Shown one piece after another: positions 51,676 to 64,000 of a stretch of DNA of 64,000 nt (within the stretch, counting starts at the first letter, position 1; each line of letters opens with the position of its first letter). A program made the position numbers and the translations under genes. Source of the DNA: Leucoraja ocellata (Eukaryota). The notes under the pieces are model-generated. The model was not told the DNA's origin and searched no databases. It saw only the letters and a list, made by a program, of their open reading frames with translations. The DNA is taken from NCBI GenBank assembly GCA_036785375.1, contig JAWMAR010000879.1, positions 372,001-436,000 on the forward strand, given 5' to 3'.

Positions 51676-52108
51676 ACCCTCTCTTGACACTCTTGAAAGT
51701 ATCCAGAGAACCGGCCTCCTCCGCCCTCTGAGGCAGAGAATTCCACAGACTCGCAACTCTCTGTATGAAAAAGTGTTTCCTCATCTCCGTTCTAAATGGC
51801 TTACCCCTTATTCTTAAACTGTGGCCCCTGGTTCTGGACTCCCCGAACATCGGGAACATGTTTCCTGCCTCTAGCGTGTCCAAACACTTAATAATCTTAT
51901 ATGTTTCAATAAGATCCCCTCTCATCCATCTAAATTCCAGAGTACCCAAGCCCAGCCACTCCATTCTCTCAGCATATGACAGTCCCGCCATCCCGGGAAT
52001 TAACCTTGTGAACCTACGCTGCACTCCCTCAATAGCAAGATTGTCCTTCCTCAAATTTGGAGACCAAAACTGCACACAATACTCCAGGTGTGGTCTCACT
52101 AGGGCCTT
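51676..52108 (-). mobile_element. CR1 LINE fragment
   Basis: RPHLEYCVQFWSPNLRKD...RVASLWNSLP. Confidence 0.9.
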
Positions 52109-52224
52109 AATTTCTACATTAATGTTCTGGTTTTTCTTCTCACTGTCTTGTAGAATTCATTTGTAATTTATGTTTTTGTGAGATTATGTGCCGCTGATGC
52201 TACTGCAAGCAATTTTTAATTGTA

Positions 52225-53821
52225 CAGTGCATTGTACTCAGAAAGTATTCAGACCCCTTCACTTTTTCCACATTTTGTTACGTTACAGCCTTATTCTAAA
52301 ATGGATTAAAAAATTGTTTTTATCATCAATCTACACACTATACCCCAGAATGAAGAAGCGACAACAGGTGTTTAGAAATGTTTGCAAAGTAATTAAAAAG
52401 AAATAAATGAAATATCACATTACATAAGTATTCAATCCCTTTACTCAGTACTTTGTTGAGGCACCTTTGGCAGCGATTACAGCCTCAAGTCTTCTTGGAT
52501 ATGACGCTACAAGCTTGGCACACCTGCATTTGGGTAATTTCTCCCATTTTTCTCTGCAGATCCTCTCAAGCTCTGTCAGGTTGGATGGAGAGCGTTGATT
52601 CACAGCTATTTTCAGTTCCCTCCAGAGATGTTCGATCGGGTTCAAGTCCGGGCTCTGGCTGGGCCACTCAAGGACATTCACAGACTTGTCACAAAGCCAC
52701 TCCTGCGTTATCTTGGCTGTGTGCTCAGGGTCGTTGTCCTGTTGGATGGTGAATCTCCACCCCAGTCTGAGGTCCAGAACTATCTGGAGCAGGTTTTCAT
52801 CAAGGATCTCTCTGTACTTTGCTCCATTCATCTTTGCCTCGATCCTGACTAGTCTCCCAGTTCCTGCCGCTGAAAAACATCCCCTCAGCATGATGCTGCC
52901 ACCACCATGCTTCACCGTAGGTATGGTATTGGCCAGGTGATGAGCAGTGCCTTGTTTCCTCCAGACGTGACGCTTGGCATTCAGGTCAAAGTTCAATCTT
53001 GGTTTCATCAGACCAGAGAATCTTGTTTCTCAAGCCTTTTGGCAAACTCCAAGTGGGCTGTCATGTGCTTTTTACTGAGGAGTGGCTTCCGTCTGGCCAC
53101 TCTACCATAAAGGCCTGATTGGTGGAGTGCTGCAGATATAGTTGTTCTTCTGGAAGGTTCTCCCATCTCCACAGAGAAACTCTGGAACTCTGTCAGAGTG
53201 ACCATCGGGTTCTTGGTCACCTCTCTGACCAAGGCCCTTCTCCCCGATTGCTCAGTTTGGCCGGGCGGCCAGCTCTATGAAGAGTCCTGGTGGTTCCAAA
53301 GTTCTTCCATTTAAGAATGACGGAGGACACTGTGCTCTTCTGGACCAGCAATGCTGCAGAAATTGTTTTATACCCTTCCCCAGATCTGTGTCTCGACACA
53401 ATCCTGGCTCGGAGGCCTGTGGACAATTCACTTCATTGCTTGGTTTTTGCTCTGACATGCACTGTCAACTGTGGGACCTTATATAGACAGGTGTGTGCCT
53501 TTCCAAAATCATGTCCAATCAATTTAATTTACCACTGGTGCACTCCAATCACGTTGTAGAAACATTTCAAGGATGATCAATGGAAACATGAGGAACCTAA
53601 GCTCAATTTTGAGTGTCGTAGCAAAGGGTCTGAATGCTTATGTAAATGTGATATTTCAGTTATTTCTTTTTAATTACTTTGCAAAAATTTCTAAACCAGT
53701 CCTGGGGTATATTTTGTCGATTGATGATAAAAAAAAATAATTTAATCCATTTTAAAATAAGGCTATAACATAACAAAATGTGGAAAAAGTGAAGGGGTCT
53801 GAATACTTTGTGAATTCACTG
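52225..53821 (-). mobile_element. Tc1/mariner DNA transposon (second family), long TIRs, TA TSD
   Basis: TA|CAGTGCATT..TCAGAAAGTATTCAGACCCCTTCACTTTTTCCACATTTTG mirrors ...GAAGGGGTCTGAATACTTTGTGAATTCACTG|TA. Confidence 0.93.
52445..53436 (-). pseudogene. Tc1 transposase pseudogene (DD34E triad retained)
   Basis: RIVSRHRSGEGYKTIS...[23 protein letters not shown]-(34)-NPIEH, then AKGASTKY*. Split across frames. Confidence 0.92.
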
Positions 53822-55454
53822 TATGTATCTCACCGCACTTGTGACTGTGACAATAAACCAAACTGTGACTTGACTTGGTGATTAATCGTGCTCACATCGG
53901 TGTTTACTGAAAAATTCATAAAGTGAAATATTGAAATATTCATTTTATCAGATTGATATGTTCCTAAATAGAAGTTACAGAACTAGAAGGCTAAATAATT
54001 TATGTACAAAATTAATCTTTAGTATCAGTATTAAAATGACTTACATTATCTGCCTTTTGAATTTTCTGTCCCGTCCTAGCTCAAACCTCTTTCTGCATCT
54101 CTTTTAAAACCAATGGACATTTATTTGACAGTTATTCCTTCCCTGGTATGAGAGTGTTGCTTTTTCTGGACTACAAGATATGAGAGTCTGCCAATATTAA
54201 TTCATCATCTGCACGAACTAAAGTGTCCAGTGATGATCATGAGTCACAAGTAATGCAGTAACTGCATAATATAGCAGTCCGATGCATAAATTCTAGTAGT
54301 TACGGTAAACAGAACTACTTCAAATAAATTACTCTCTTGATAGCCCCGCTGTTAATTGTGGGCAGTGAATTTTTGATTCCAGAGGAGTGAATTTACTGAT
54401 TTGTACATTCAGAAACAAGGTAGCACGACAATTATAACAGAAAGGATCCCCACCCACTGAATTCTGCACCAAACCCATCTTTTCACTGGAGAGTTGGCAA
54501 AGTTCGCCAATTCAGAATCCAAAGGTGTCACGGAGTCAGCAACGTAATTCACAGTGTGGCCTGGCCTTCCTACCAGATGCACAGAACAAGGGAGTGCTTC
54601 TGGGATCAGAAGGAGCCTCATCTGTTTTTTTTCTTACTTCCCCAATGGATCAGAATGTTTCTCTCTGGAACGCAATTTCCCTCCCCATTATTCTCCCCCA
54701 CAGCTCCCCAAACCCCTTCACCACATGTTTGTCCCTTCAACGATGGTTGACGGCTTCCTGTTTGCTCCCGCTTTCCACTCTGCCGCCACTTCCTTCCTGT
54801 TTCCTGCAGGCAGCTGGTTTGCAGCAAGAAGGAAAGGGCCTTGCATTAGCATTGCTAACTCTCCTTTAAGTTCTGCGCCTGATCTTTGCAGGTTTGTTAT
54901 CAATGATTATGAACATGTAATTTTTGAGTTCTTTGATCTGAGAAGAGGGCTGCTGATTTGATATGAAAGATTATGGGAACAATATTGGCAAGGGAAGAAT
55001 TACTCCTGTCTGTTTTAAAAATTACCAAACATTTGTTGAAACCAAGACATGTTGCACCATCTCCTGTCCAACCCTATCGACTCCGGAAATACTTCAGTCT
55101 TAGTGGTGATTTGCATGACTGGTTTGGACCTTCACCAAGTTTTTGTAATTATGCCAATGGTAACAACACAAAAATAATCATATATTATATTGGGATTCCA
55201 TTCAAGAGGATCAACTACTCTAAATAAAAACAGCTGCTGTCATATATAAATGTAATACTAATCTTTCAGTTCTCAGATATAATAAATGGAAAAAGAACGT
55301 TATTGGTTTGTCTTTCATGCACTTAAAACAAAATCTTGCTGACAATTCATACAGAGGTGTTATAGGGCCTTGGTGTGACCATGCCAAGAGTATTATGTTG
55401 AATATAGGACTCCTAACTGAGAACTGAGAAAGGTTTCCCTTTCCCCTGATTAGT

Positions 55455-55482
55455 CTGAAGAAGGGTCTCGACCTGAAACGTC
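55455..55482 (+). ncRNA. Minimal hammerhead ribozyme motif
   Basis: CTGAAGAAGGGTCTCGACCTGAAACGTC (G-U pair at the base of helix II). Confidence 0.6.
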
Positions 55483-56087
55483 ACCCATTCCTTCTCTCCA
55501 AAGATGCTGCCTGTCCCGCTGAGTTACTCCTGCATTTTGTGCCAATTTTCTGAGAAATTAATATACTTGCTACAAAGGAAAATACAACAAACATTTGCCG
55601 GCCTGTGCTTGGTTTGTCAATTAGATTCGCAGAAGTCAGTATCCAGATTTTGCGGAGGAGAAAAGATACAAAGTGCTGGAGTACTTGATGGAGTACCATG
55701 TTTGCCTCACCCAGCGGGTGAGGCAAACATGGATCGGTGATGTTTCGGGTCAGGACCTTTGAAAAATTGAGAAGGGCCCCCTCTCAAAAAATCATCTATC
55801 CATGTTTTCCAGAAGTTGACCCGTTGAGTTACTCCAATACTTTGTGTCTTTTTTTGTAAACCAGCACCTGAAGTTCCTTGTTTCTCAGTTTTAAACAGCG
55901 ATCGAGAACAAGCTGAAGGATCAAATGACTACTTTTCAATAATCTTCATCAAGTATTTCATCAAAAATCTTTATTTGTCATTATGTGCCAGATTTGAACC
56001 GAAACAATGAAAGTCTTGCTTGCCACAGGTTAACAGCAACAACAACTAGATATGTTATAAATTATCAGTTATTCTCAATACACCAGA

Positions 56088-56742
56088 CAGGGTGGAAATC
56101 CTGGGGGGGACAGAGGGATGCATCCGTCCCATGTTTTGAGAGGTGGGGGACAATCCCCCCCATGTTTTATAATCCGGATTTTGAAATTTGGTGAAAAAAA
56201 ACCAATTAAAATCTCCACTTTCCGCGAGACAGTGGGGGTGTCACTGTTAAGAGCTTGTTAAATGTCTCCATTAACATCGTATTAACACGACGTGTCACCA
56301 ATTGTGTTTTGACCTCGCAAAGCTGTCTGTTGTGGGTACAATTACCATTTGAACTAATTGGATGTATTGGTGGATGGGAAAGATTTAAACGGGTATCGGA
56401 TTTAAATGGGTCAGATCATTAAGGAATCCGGTCAAACAGGTTTCCTGGCTGACTTGCAGGTACGTCCCTCATTCAGGTCACTCTGTTGGTTCTTCTGTTT
56501 GCCTTTATTTGCTTCAGTTTTATTTATTTAAGTGTTATTTATCACATTGTAGCTTTTGAAAGATTCAAGCAGGTATCAGACGCTTTCTAAGGGCTCAATC
56601 GGCCCGTTCGCCGGGCCTTACATCGCCTGGCACGGCTTGTGTGTGTGTATGTGTGTGTGTGTGTGTGAGAGAAAAAATTGTGTGTGTGTGTGTGTGTGTG
56701 TCGTCCCCCCCCCCCCCATTTTGACAGCAATTTCCGCCCCTG
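56088..56742. mobile_element. Possible hAT-like MITE containing a (TG)n microsatellite
   Basis: CAGGGTGGAAAT / ATTTCCGCCCCTG inverted ends. No TSD recognised. Confidence 0.4.
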
Positions 56743-59384
56743 GAAGGTAGAGTTGTGGTGCAGGGTGGGGTAAGAGCTGATGGTTGATGAGGAGAAGCTG
56801 TTCTTGAACCTTGAGGTAATGCTTATCAGGCTCCTCTACCTTGTTCCTGATGGTAGCAGGCGGGGATCTTCTACTATAGTAGTGAGAGTTTGAAGATGCC
56901 ACCGAAAACTCCAGCCAGTTGGTCCACACAGGTTTAGAGAGCGCGGCCAGGTACATCATATTCCTGACTTTGGGATTGTACCTGATGGAACGTCTCTGCG
57001 GAGTCAGAATGTGCAGGTTATTCAACCTTTGATCTGATTTTGTGCCTTTAGTGATGCTTCGGATTAATATTGACCCCACAATATTCATGAAAACGTCTCT
57101 CACAGTTCTGCTGAATGGTCATTGACCTGAAGCTTTAATTCTGCATCTGCCTTCCAAAAATGCTACCTAACCTGTTGAGTACTTCCAGCATTTTCTCTTT
57201 TTATTCCATGTATTTACATTGGAGACTTAGTACTGGTAAAACATGCTGGTGAATGTTGAGGGTTAGGCATTGTTTAGGCACTAAACTAAACACTTAGGCT
57301 GTCATCGTTTGGCACTGATATGGTATTTTCTGCCAAACATCTGCCCCGAGGAACTGTCACAACATCCTCAGGCTAAAAGCTTGCCAGTACTTGAAAGACA
57401 TAGCACTATGATAATGAAATAATGTGATATCCCAAAAGGAACAAAACAGGTACAAATGGCCTTTTGTGTTGTATCCTTTAATAGGTCTATCATGCAAATA
57501 TAATGTTGCCCATAATCAGGGCATGCTAAAATTAAAAGGAATAGGTGATGTTTCGGGTCGAGACACTTCTTCACTCGACCAGAAACATCAACTATTCCTT
57601 TTCTCCAGATGCTGTCTGACCTGTTGAGTTGCTCCTGCATTTTGTGTCTATCTTCGAAGTTAACCAGCACCTGCAGTTCCTTCCCACACCTTCTAAAATT
57701 AAACTCCATTTGGTTCCTCCGCTGTGATGAGACAAAACTCTACCTACCTGGGACTGGAGCATTTGGAGTTAATTTCGGTAATTTGCTAAAACCAAACTAT
57801 TGTTGAATGTTCAAAATATTTTCCTTATGTCTGATGCACCCTTGTTCCTTACAGCATTCTTCATCCTTTCCTTCAATAAAACCACACATCAATTTACGTC
57901 ATCAAATTAAGGTTTGGTGTTTTTGCAGTTTTAGCACAATTCATAAGCACATTCTGTCCAGTTAAAATCAAGTTAGGCTTGAAAATGAAAATCTGAATTA
58001 AAAATGTTGTTCGGCTGGCTATGTGTGAGTTCTTTGTCACAAGGGTTCATATGTGTTACTGAAATAGTATTGATTTTGGACAATGTGAAAACAGTTAACA
58101 ATGGACAAGGAAGCTATCAGCTTAAATATGTTTTTGGACTGAGCTATTCATAAACAAATTAAATTGAAAGTGCACAAGCAGGTTTTCTTTCAGGCCTACT
58201 AAATGAGTAGGAGCAGGAAGTGGGCAGGGAATTACAAAGCTTGTAATTAGAGAATATATTATGGTCTACAATTGAGTAAATCACATGTAAAATTTCACGT
58301 GCACTGAATGCAAGGGCCAATTCTGGTTCTATCTTTCCCCTTGAACGCCTTTGTTTGCCCTGAGAGATGAGAAGGCTATGACACAACAGTAGTGTGGAAT
58401 GAAAAAAAATAGCAAACACATGAATTCATGGTGAGAAGATGAGCAAATCCAACAAACAATACCTTCCTTGCAGTTCACGTCCATGGTAGCATTCAGCCAC
58501 CCCCGCACTAACACTTCCTGTCAGGCTCAAAGAATGCCAAGTTCTACTTCAATGAACGCTCCAGTCAATTGCTGGAAAACACCAGCCGATAAACTGCTGA
58601 ACTTGCCAGCAGTGACGAATGCACGTTAACATTCTCTAATTATCATTTACCATAACATCCATCAGCTCTCTCACACTGTTAAACATCACCCTCTGCTGGC
58701 AGTTATTGTTTGTCATTGACTCTCGGGATGGGAAAATAATTAATTTTAAACCTACTATTGAGAAAATGCAAACAAGAAAAATAAACGTGATACGATGTCC
58801 TATCCTAATTCCATTCTGGCTCCTAGAGGGAACCTACCTCCATTCTGGCTGGGAGTCAACATTCAGTGCTCATCCAAAAGTTATTTCTCACCAGCAGGGA
58901 GGGGGGCTGACACCTCTTCCTGCCTGGCCCCTTCACAGAGACTCACACCCACACCTAAAATAATCTCCTGCATTTGCTTTTATGCGAGTCCTCACTGAAA
59001 GCAGTGTTACACATGATTACATTTGTAAAGTAGGAAATTAGAGATGGTAGTGTTTGGAAGTCTTTAAATATACTGGATCAGCAGGAGCTATGTTTGGCCC
59101 AGTGCCCACGGTACCTAGGCCGGACGTAGAGAGCCTCAATCAAGTGAAAGCTCTTTATTTAGAAGGCAGAGCAAGATCTCCGTGCCAAAGGCCTCCTGCT
59201 GACTGACTACAACACATGCAAGCCTGGGGGCAGAGCCCCACTTTCTGTCAAAGATGGGAGCTTCTTCAGAGGAGACCACTCTGCCCATCCTGCCCATGCT
59301 GGTTGAATAAGAGCTCAACCACGTTATAGCAGCATTCATAGTACCACTGCCCACAGCTCTTTATCAACTTTCAAGTAGAAAAAA

Positions 59385-60105
59385 ATGAATGAATGAATGG
59401 AGTTTATTGGCCAAGTATTCACATACAAGGAATTTGCCTTGGTGCTCCGCTCGCAAGTGACAACATGACATACAGTGACAGTTAGGAATTACACATAAAA
59501 CATAAAAAATAAAACATTATTGATTAAACATGCAAATTAAATAAAATACCAGAGCAAAAGGAGGCTACAGATTTTTGGTTATTGAGTAGAGCTACTACTC
59601 GTGGAAAAAAGCTGTTTTTATGTCTGGCCGAGACAGCTTTGACAGTCTGGAGTCGCCTTTCAGAGGAAAGTGATTCAAAGAATTTGTGGCCAGGGTGAGA
59701 GGGGCCAGAGATGATCTTACCCGTTCGTTTCCTGGCCCTTGCAGTGTACAGTTCATCAATGGAGGGAAGGCTGCAGCCAATAACCTTCTCAGTTGATCGG
59801 ACGATTCGCTGCAGCCTCCAAGTGTCGTGCTTGGTGGCTGAGCCAAACCAGACCATGATGGAGAAGGTGAGGACAGACTCTACAATGGCCGTATAGAATT
59901 GGGCCATCATTGCCTGTGGCAGATTGTGCTTCCTCAGCTGCCGCAGAATGTACATCCTTTGTTGTGCCTTTTGTCTGTGGAGTCGATGGTGGCCCCCCAT
60001 TTAAGGTCCTTGGAGATGATGGTTCCCAGGAACTTAAAAGACTCCACAGACTGCGGTGTTGTTGATGGTGAGTGGGGTGAGGGGAGGAGGAACTCTCCTA
60101 AAGTC
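59385..60105 (-). mobile_element. Rex1/Babar-type LINE 3' fragment
   Basis: KAQQRMYILRQLRKHNLPQAMMAQFYTAIVESVLTFSIMVWFG...RHKNSFFP, with a (CATT)n tail. Confidence 0.85.
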
Positions 60106-60954
60106 TACTCCTCACGCTCCTTTTCACAGTTTGGAATATATTTCCCAATGACCTGGTGATTTATCTATTTTTTTTAAAGACGATATGTCTTAATCTGTCC
60201 TTTTTTGCTCTAATCCATCTAACATCTCTTGCATTGACATAACAACCTGCTTCTTTGAAGACAATGCATCCCCCACACAGGTCACCTTTCACGTCCCTAA
60301 TAAACACTACTCTTCCTTCGTATCTTCTTGCACTTTATTTACTTCTTTGGATTATTTTTGATTTTACTTGCCCATATTTTTTAACCTTTTGCTTTTCTAA
60401 TTTCTATTTTAATTATACCCTTGGAATGTCTGTGTTCTTCTGAACTTCCCGTGATAAGCGTTATGGACTGGCATCAGCTTCCCTTTCTTGTCTTATCCTT
60501 TTATTTATGAATTATGCCATCTAGGGCAGTCCCACTCTTTTTCTTTGTGTGAACATTTTTACCCATAACAACTATAATCTCCTTAAATGCCTCACATTTT
60601 TCTAAGGCCAATTAACTTTCAAGCAGCTGTTTCCAACCACTTTTGATTTATTACATCTCAGTCTAGTACAATTGGCTTCACTCCAATTCGGCACCTTTTC
60701 TCCTATTTTATCCTTGGCCATTTCCTTAACTATTCTATATCTGACAAAATGTTATTCACTGCCACAAAATTGTTCTCCAAATGATACTCTATTTTCTCTA
60801 TTCTTTTGTTTCAAAACCTCTCATTGATTTTCTGCCTTTCTCCTAATCTGTTTGTATTTCTCCTAATCTGAACCGTTCATCCCATCCACCTGCTGCTAGT
60901 TTAAACTGTCTCGTGTGTCATTAGTAAATATACTCATGAGAAGATTGATCCTAA

Positions 60955-61382
60955 AGGGCCAGTCCCACTGTACGAGGTAATTCACAAATTCTCCTGTGTT
61001 TTCCCCTGATTCGAACTCGCAGAATAGACAATAGACAATAGGTGCAGGAGTAGGCCATTTGGCCCTTCGAGCCAGCACCGCCATTCAATGTGATCATGGC
61101 TAATCATCCCCAATCAGTACCCCGTTCCTGCCTTCTCCCCATATCCCCTGACTCCGGAATTTTTAAGAGCCCTATCTAGCTCTCTCTTGAAAGCATCCAG
61201 AGAATTCCACAGACTCCACAGTATGTTCGTAACGAGTCGTAGGAGGCCGTAGGAGTTCGTGGATGTTTCGTAGCGGCTCGTTATGCTAACCGTAGGTACT
61301 CGGGGCATCAGGTAAGTCGGGATGAAAAATGTCCACGAGTAAAAAAAATATTTGAGATGACTCGTACAGTGGGACAGGCCCG
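60955..61382. mobile_element. Harbinger-like MITE with a nested CR1 tail (about 61025-61220)
   Basis: TAA|AGGGCCAGTCCCACTGTACGAG ... CTCGTACAGTGGGACAGGCCCG|TAA. Confidence 0.7.
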
Positions 61383-61886
61383 TAATCCTATTGAGGTGCA
61401 ATATGTTTGCACACCCCTTCCCCAGGCACTTTCAACAACAGTTCACATTGCTTTAAGTAATAAAAATAAGTAAAAATGACCAAGAATTGTAAATTGTGGG
61501 ACATAAAAACATTAACAAGTTAAAAGCAGCAAAATAAATAGATAGGTAGGTCAATAAATAAATAAATCACATACGTTTTCACCTCCTAATCCCTAGGCCA
61601 GGAATCCATATTCAAATTAATGGATACTGCGATCCTCCACCTAACTTGACCTAATTGGGTTAGTTGGGAAAGAAACCAATTCCACATTGTAAAGGTGGGA
61701 AATTCCAACATGGACGGCTTTTCTCTGGAGTTCAGCAATGGATCAGAGCAAGTGTAACATCATTTCTAATTTAGCACATTTAAGTTAACAATGAGTACAC
61801 ACATCCAGGATGTCATTTCTGGGTAGACACAAAATGCTGGATTAACTCAGCGGGATAGGCAACATCTCTGAAGAGAAGGAATGGGT

Positions 61887-61914
61887 GACGTTTCGGGTCG
61901 AGACCTTTCTTCAG
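61887..61914 (-). ncRNA. Minimal hammerhead ribozyme motif
   Basis: Minus strand reads CTGAAGAAAGGTCTCGACCCGAAACGTC. Confidence 0.55.
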
Positions 61915-61989
61915 ACAGGAGCAGCTGAATATGAACTGTTACTGACAGAATCTCTGGTTCTAGTGAGCACAGTTTCCACATCTAATTGT

Positions 61990-62935
61990 TTAGTTTGGTT
62001 TAATTTAGAGATACAACATTGAAACAGGACGGTCGGCCCACCAAGTCCGCACCGACCAGCGACCCCTGCACATTAACACTATCCTACACATTAGGGACAA
62101 TTTACAATTACACCAAGCCAATTAACCTACAAGCCTGTATGTAATTGGAGTGTGGGAAGAAACTGAAGATCTCGGAGAAAACATCGAAAATAGGTGCAGG
62201 AGTAGGCCTTTCGACCCTTCGAGCCTGCACCGTCATTCAATGTGATCATGGCTGATCATCCAACTCAGTATCCTGTACCTGCCTTCTCTCCATACCCCCT
62301 GATCCCTTTAGCCACAAGGGCCACGTCTAACTCCCTCTTAAATATAGCCAATGAACTGGCCTCAACTACCTTCTGTGGCAGAGAATTCCAGAGATTCACC
62401 ACTCTGTGTGAAAAATGTTTTCCTCATCTCGGTCATAAAAGATTTCCCACTTATCCTTAAACTGTGACCCCTTGTTCTGGACTTCCCCAACGTCAGGAAC
62501 AATCTTTCTGCATCTAGCCTGTCCAACCCCTTAAGAATTTTGTAAGTTTCTATAAGATCCCCCCTCAATCTTCTAAATTCTAGCGGGTACAAGCCGAGTC
62601 TATCCAGTCTTTCTTCATATGAAAGTCCTGACATCCCAGGAATCAGTCTGGTGAACCTTCTCTGTACTCCCTCTGTGGCAAGAATGTCTTTCCTCGGATT
62701 AGGAGACCAAAACTGTACGCAATACTCCAGGTGTGGTCTCACCAAGACCCTGTACAACTGCAGTAGAACCTCCCTGCTCCTATACTCAAATCCTTTTGCT
62801 ACAAACCCACGACATGGGGAGAAAACATGGGGAGGAGAATGTACAAACTCCGTACAGACGGCACCCGTAGCCAGAATCAAACCTGGGTCTCTGGCGCTGT
62901 AAGTCACCAACTCTAGCGCTGCGCCACCGTGCCAC
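61990..62935 (-). mobile_element. HE1-like SINE split by a CR1 3' fragment (about 62185-62800)
   Basis: SINE tail at about 61990 and head at about 62935. The internal CR1 reads GFEYRSREVLLQLYRVLVRPHLEYCVQFWSP. Confidence 0.8.
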
Positions 62936-63509
62936 TCTAATCTATTATCTACGAGTTCCTGGTAACTATTTATCATTAACAGGTTATCATGAACAGTTAG
63001 TCTGATGCTTAACTGAAGCAGAATCATTAATGTTATCTAAATTTAATGATTCTCTGTCATTGTTGTGCATCTGTGGAGAATTGTCAGTGCCTTATGAAAT
63101 CATAATTAATTTTGTTTCTCCACTAGTTTCTGTGGAGTGCCAGAGGCTGAGGTGAAACGTGAAATGATTTTTTTAAATCACGAGCATACATAGGATTAAA
63201 AAATCAGAACTTTTCTCCCAGAGTGGAAATATCAATAATGAGAAGAGATAGCTTTCAGGTGAGAGGGAGAAAGATTAAAGGGGATATGTGGAGCAACATT
63301 ATGAGACACATAGATAGGGTAGACAGTCAGAATTTCTTTTTCCAGCATGGAAAAATCAAATACTGGAGGCATAGCATTAAGATGAGAGGAACAAAGTTTA
63401 AAGGAGATGTGTGGGACAAATTTTTTATACAATTGGTGGTGAGTGCCTGGAACCTGTTGCAGAGATTGGCGGTTGAAGCAGATATGTGAAAAGAAAGAGA
63501 TTAGTTAGA

Positions 63510-64000
63510 TATGTGAAAAGAAAGAGATTAGTTAAAACAAATGTAGGTCTCTTGCAGTCAGAAACAGGGGAGTTGATCATGGGGAACAAGGATATGGCGG
63601 ACCAATTGAATAACTACTTTGGTTCCGTCTTCACTAAGGAAGACATAAATAATTTGCCGGAAATAGCAGGGGACCGCGGGTCAAAGGAGTTGGGGGAATT
63701 GAGTGAAATCCAGGTTAGCCGGGAAGTGGTGTTGGGTAAATTGAATGGATTAAAGGCCGATAAATCCCCAGGGCCAGATAGGCTGCATCCCAGAGTACTT
63801 AAGGAAGTAGCTCCAGAAATAGTGGATGCATTAGTAATAATCTTTCAAAACTCTTTAGATTCTGGAGTAGTTCCTGAAGATTGGCGGGTAGCAAACGTAA
63901 CCCCACTTTTTAAGAAGGGAGGGAGAGAGAAAATGGGGAATTACAGACCAGTTAGTTTAACATCGGTAGTGGGGAAACTGCTAGAGTCAGTTATTAAAGA
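63510..64000 (+). mobile_element. Young CR1 LINE ORF2, open to the window edge
   Basis: LVKTNVGLLQSETGELIMGNKDMADQLNNYFGSVFTKED...KSPGPDRLHPRVLKE...NYRPVSLTSVVGKLLESVIK, with no stops. It is preceded by older CR1 tails (about 63130-63485) and a 27-bp tandem duplication at the junction. Confidence 0.9.

Noticed and set aside
54409-55227. Exons of the expected downstream neighbour CLIC5
   Set aside because: No CLIC-like translation was seen in any listed ORF.

Overview
This window is eukaryotic, vertebrate genomic DNA, not microbial. The repeat content (CR1-type LINEs, tRNA-derived CR1-tailed SINEs, Deu-domain SINE relics, Penelope-like elements) suggests a cartilaginous fish, probably a skate or ray; this is an inference. 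The only host coding sequence I can support is the terminal exon of RUNX2 (19497-19975, + strand, ending ...PPPY...VWRPY*). It follows more than 19 kb of last intron and precedes a long, mostly repeat-free putative 3'UTR, with AATAAA signals at 22496 and 25470. The rest is intergenic DNA filled with nested transposon relics: CR1, Rex1/Babar, L2, L1-like, Penelope, two Tc1, hAT- and Harbinger-like MITEs, and a Helitron. There are two assembly gaps. The most notable signals are: (i) about 18 dispersed copies of a minimal hammerhead-ribozyme motif carried by Penelope-derived repeats, many ending at the 5' edge of the core or arranged as inverted pairs; (ii) a coding-like, Kozak-initiated, exon-like ORF inside a TIR element; (iii) a 125-bp near-perfect hairpin just past the distal poly(A) signal; and (iv) multi-layer transposon nests. 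Hammerheads in Penelope elements are already known, so I cannot claim a new biological system from sequence alone. Repeat boundaries without TIR or TSD evidence are approximate.
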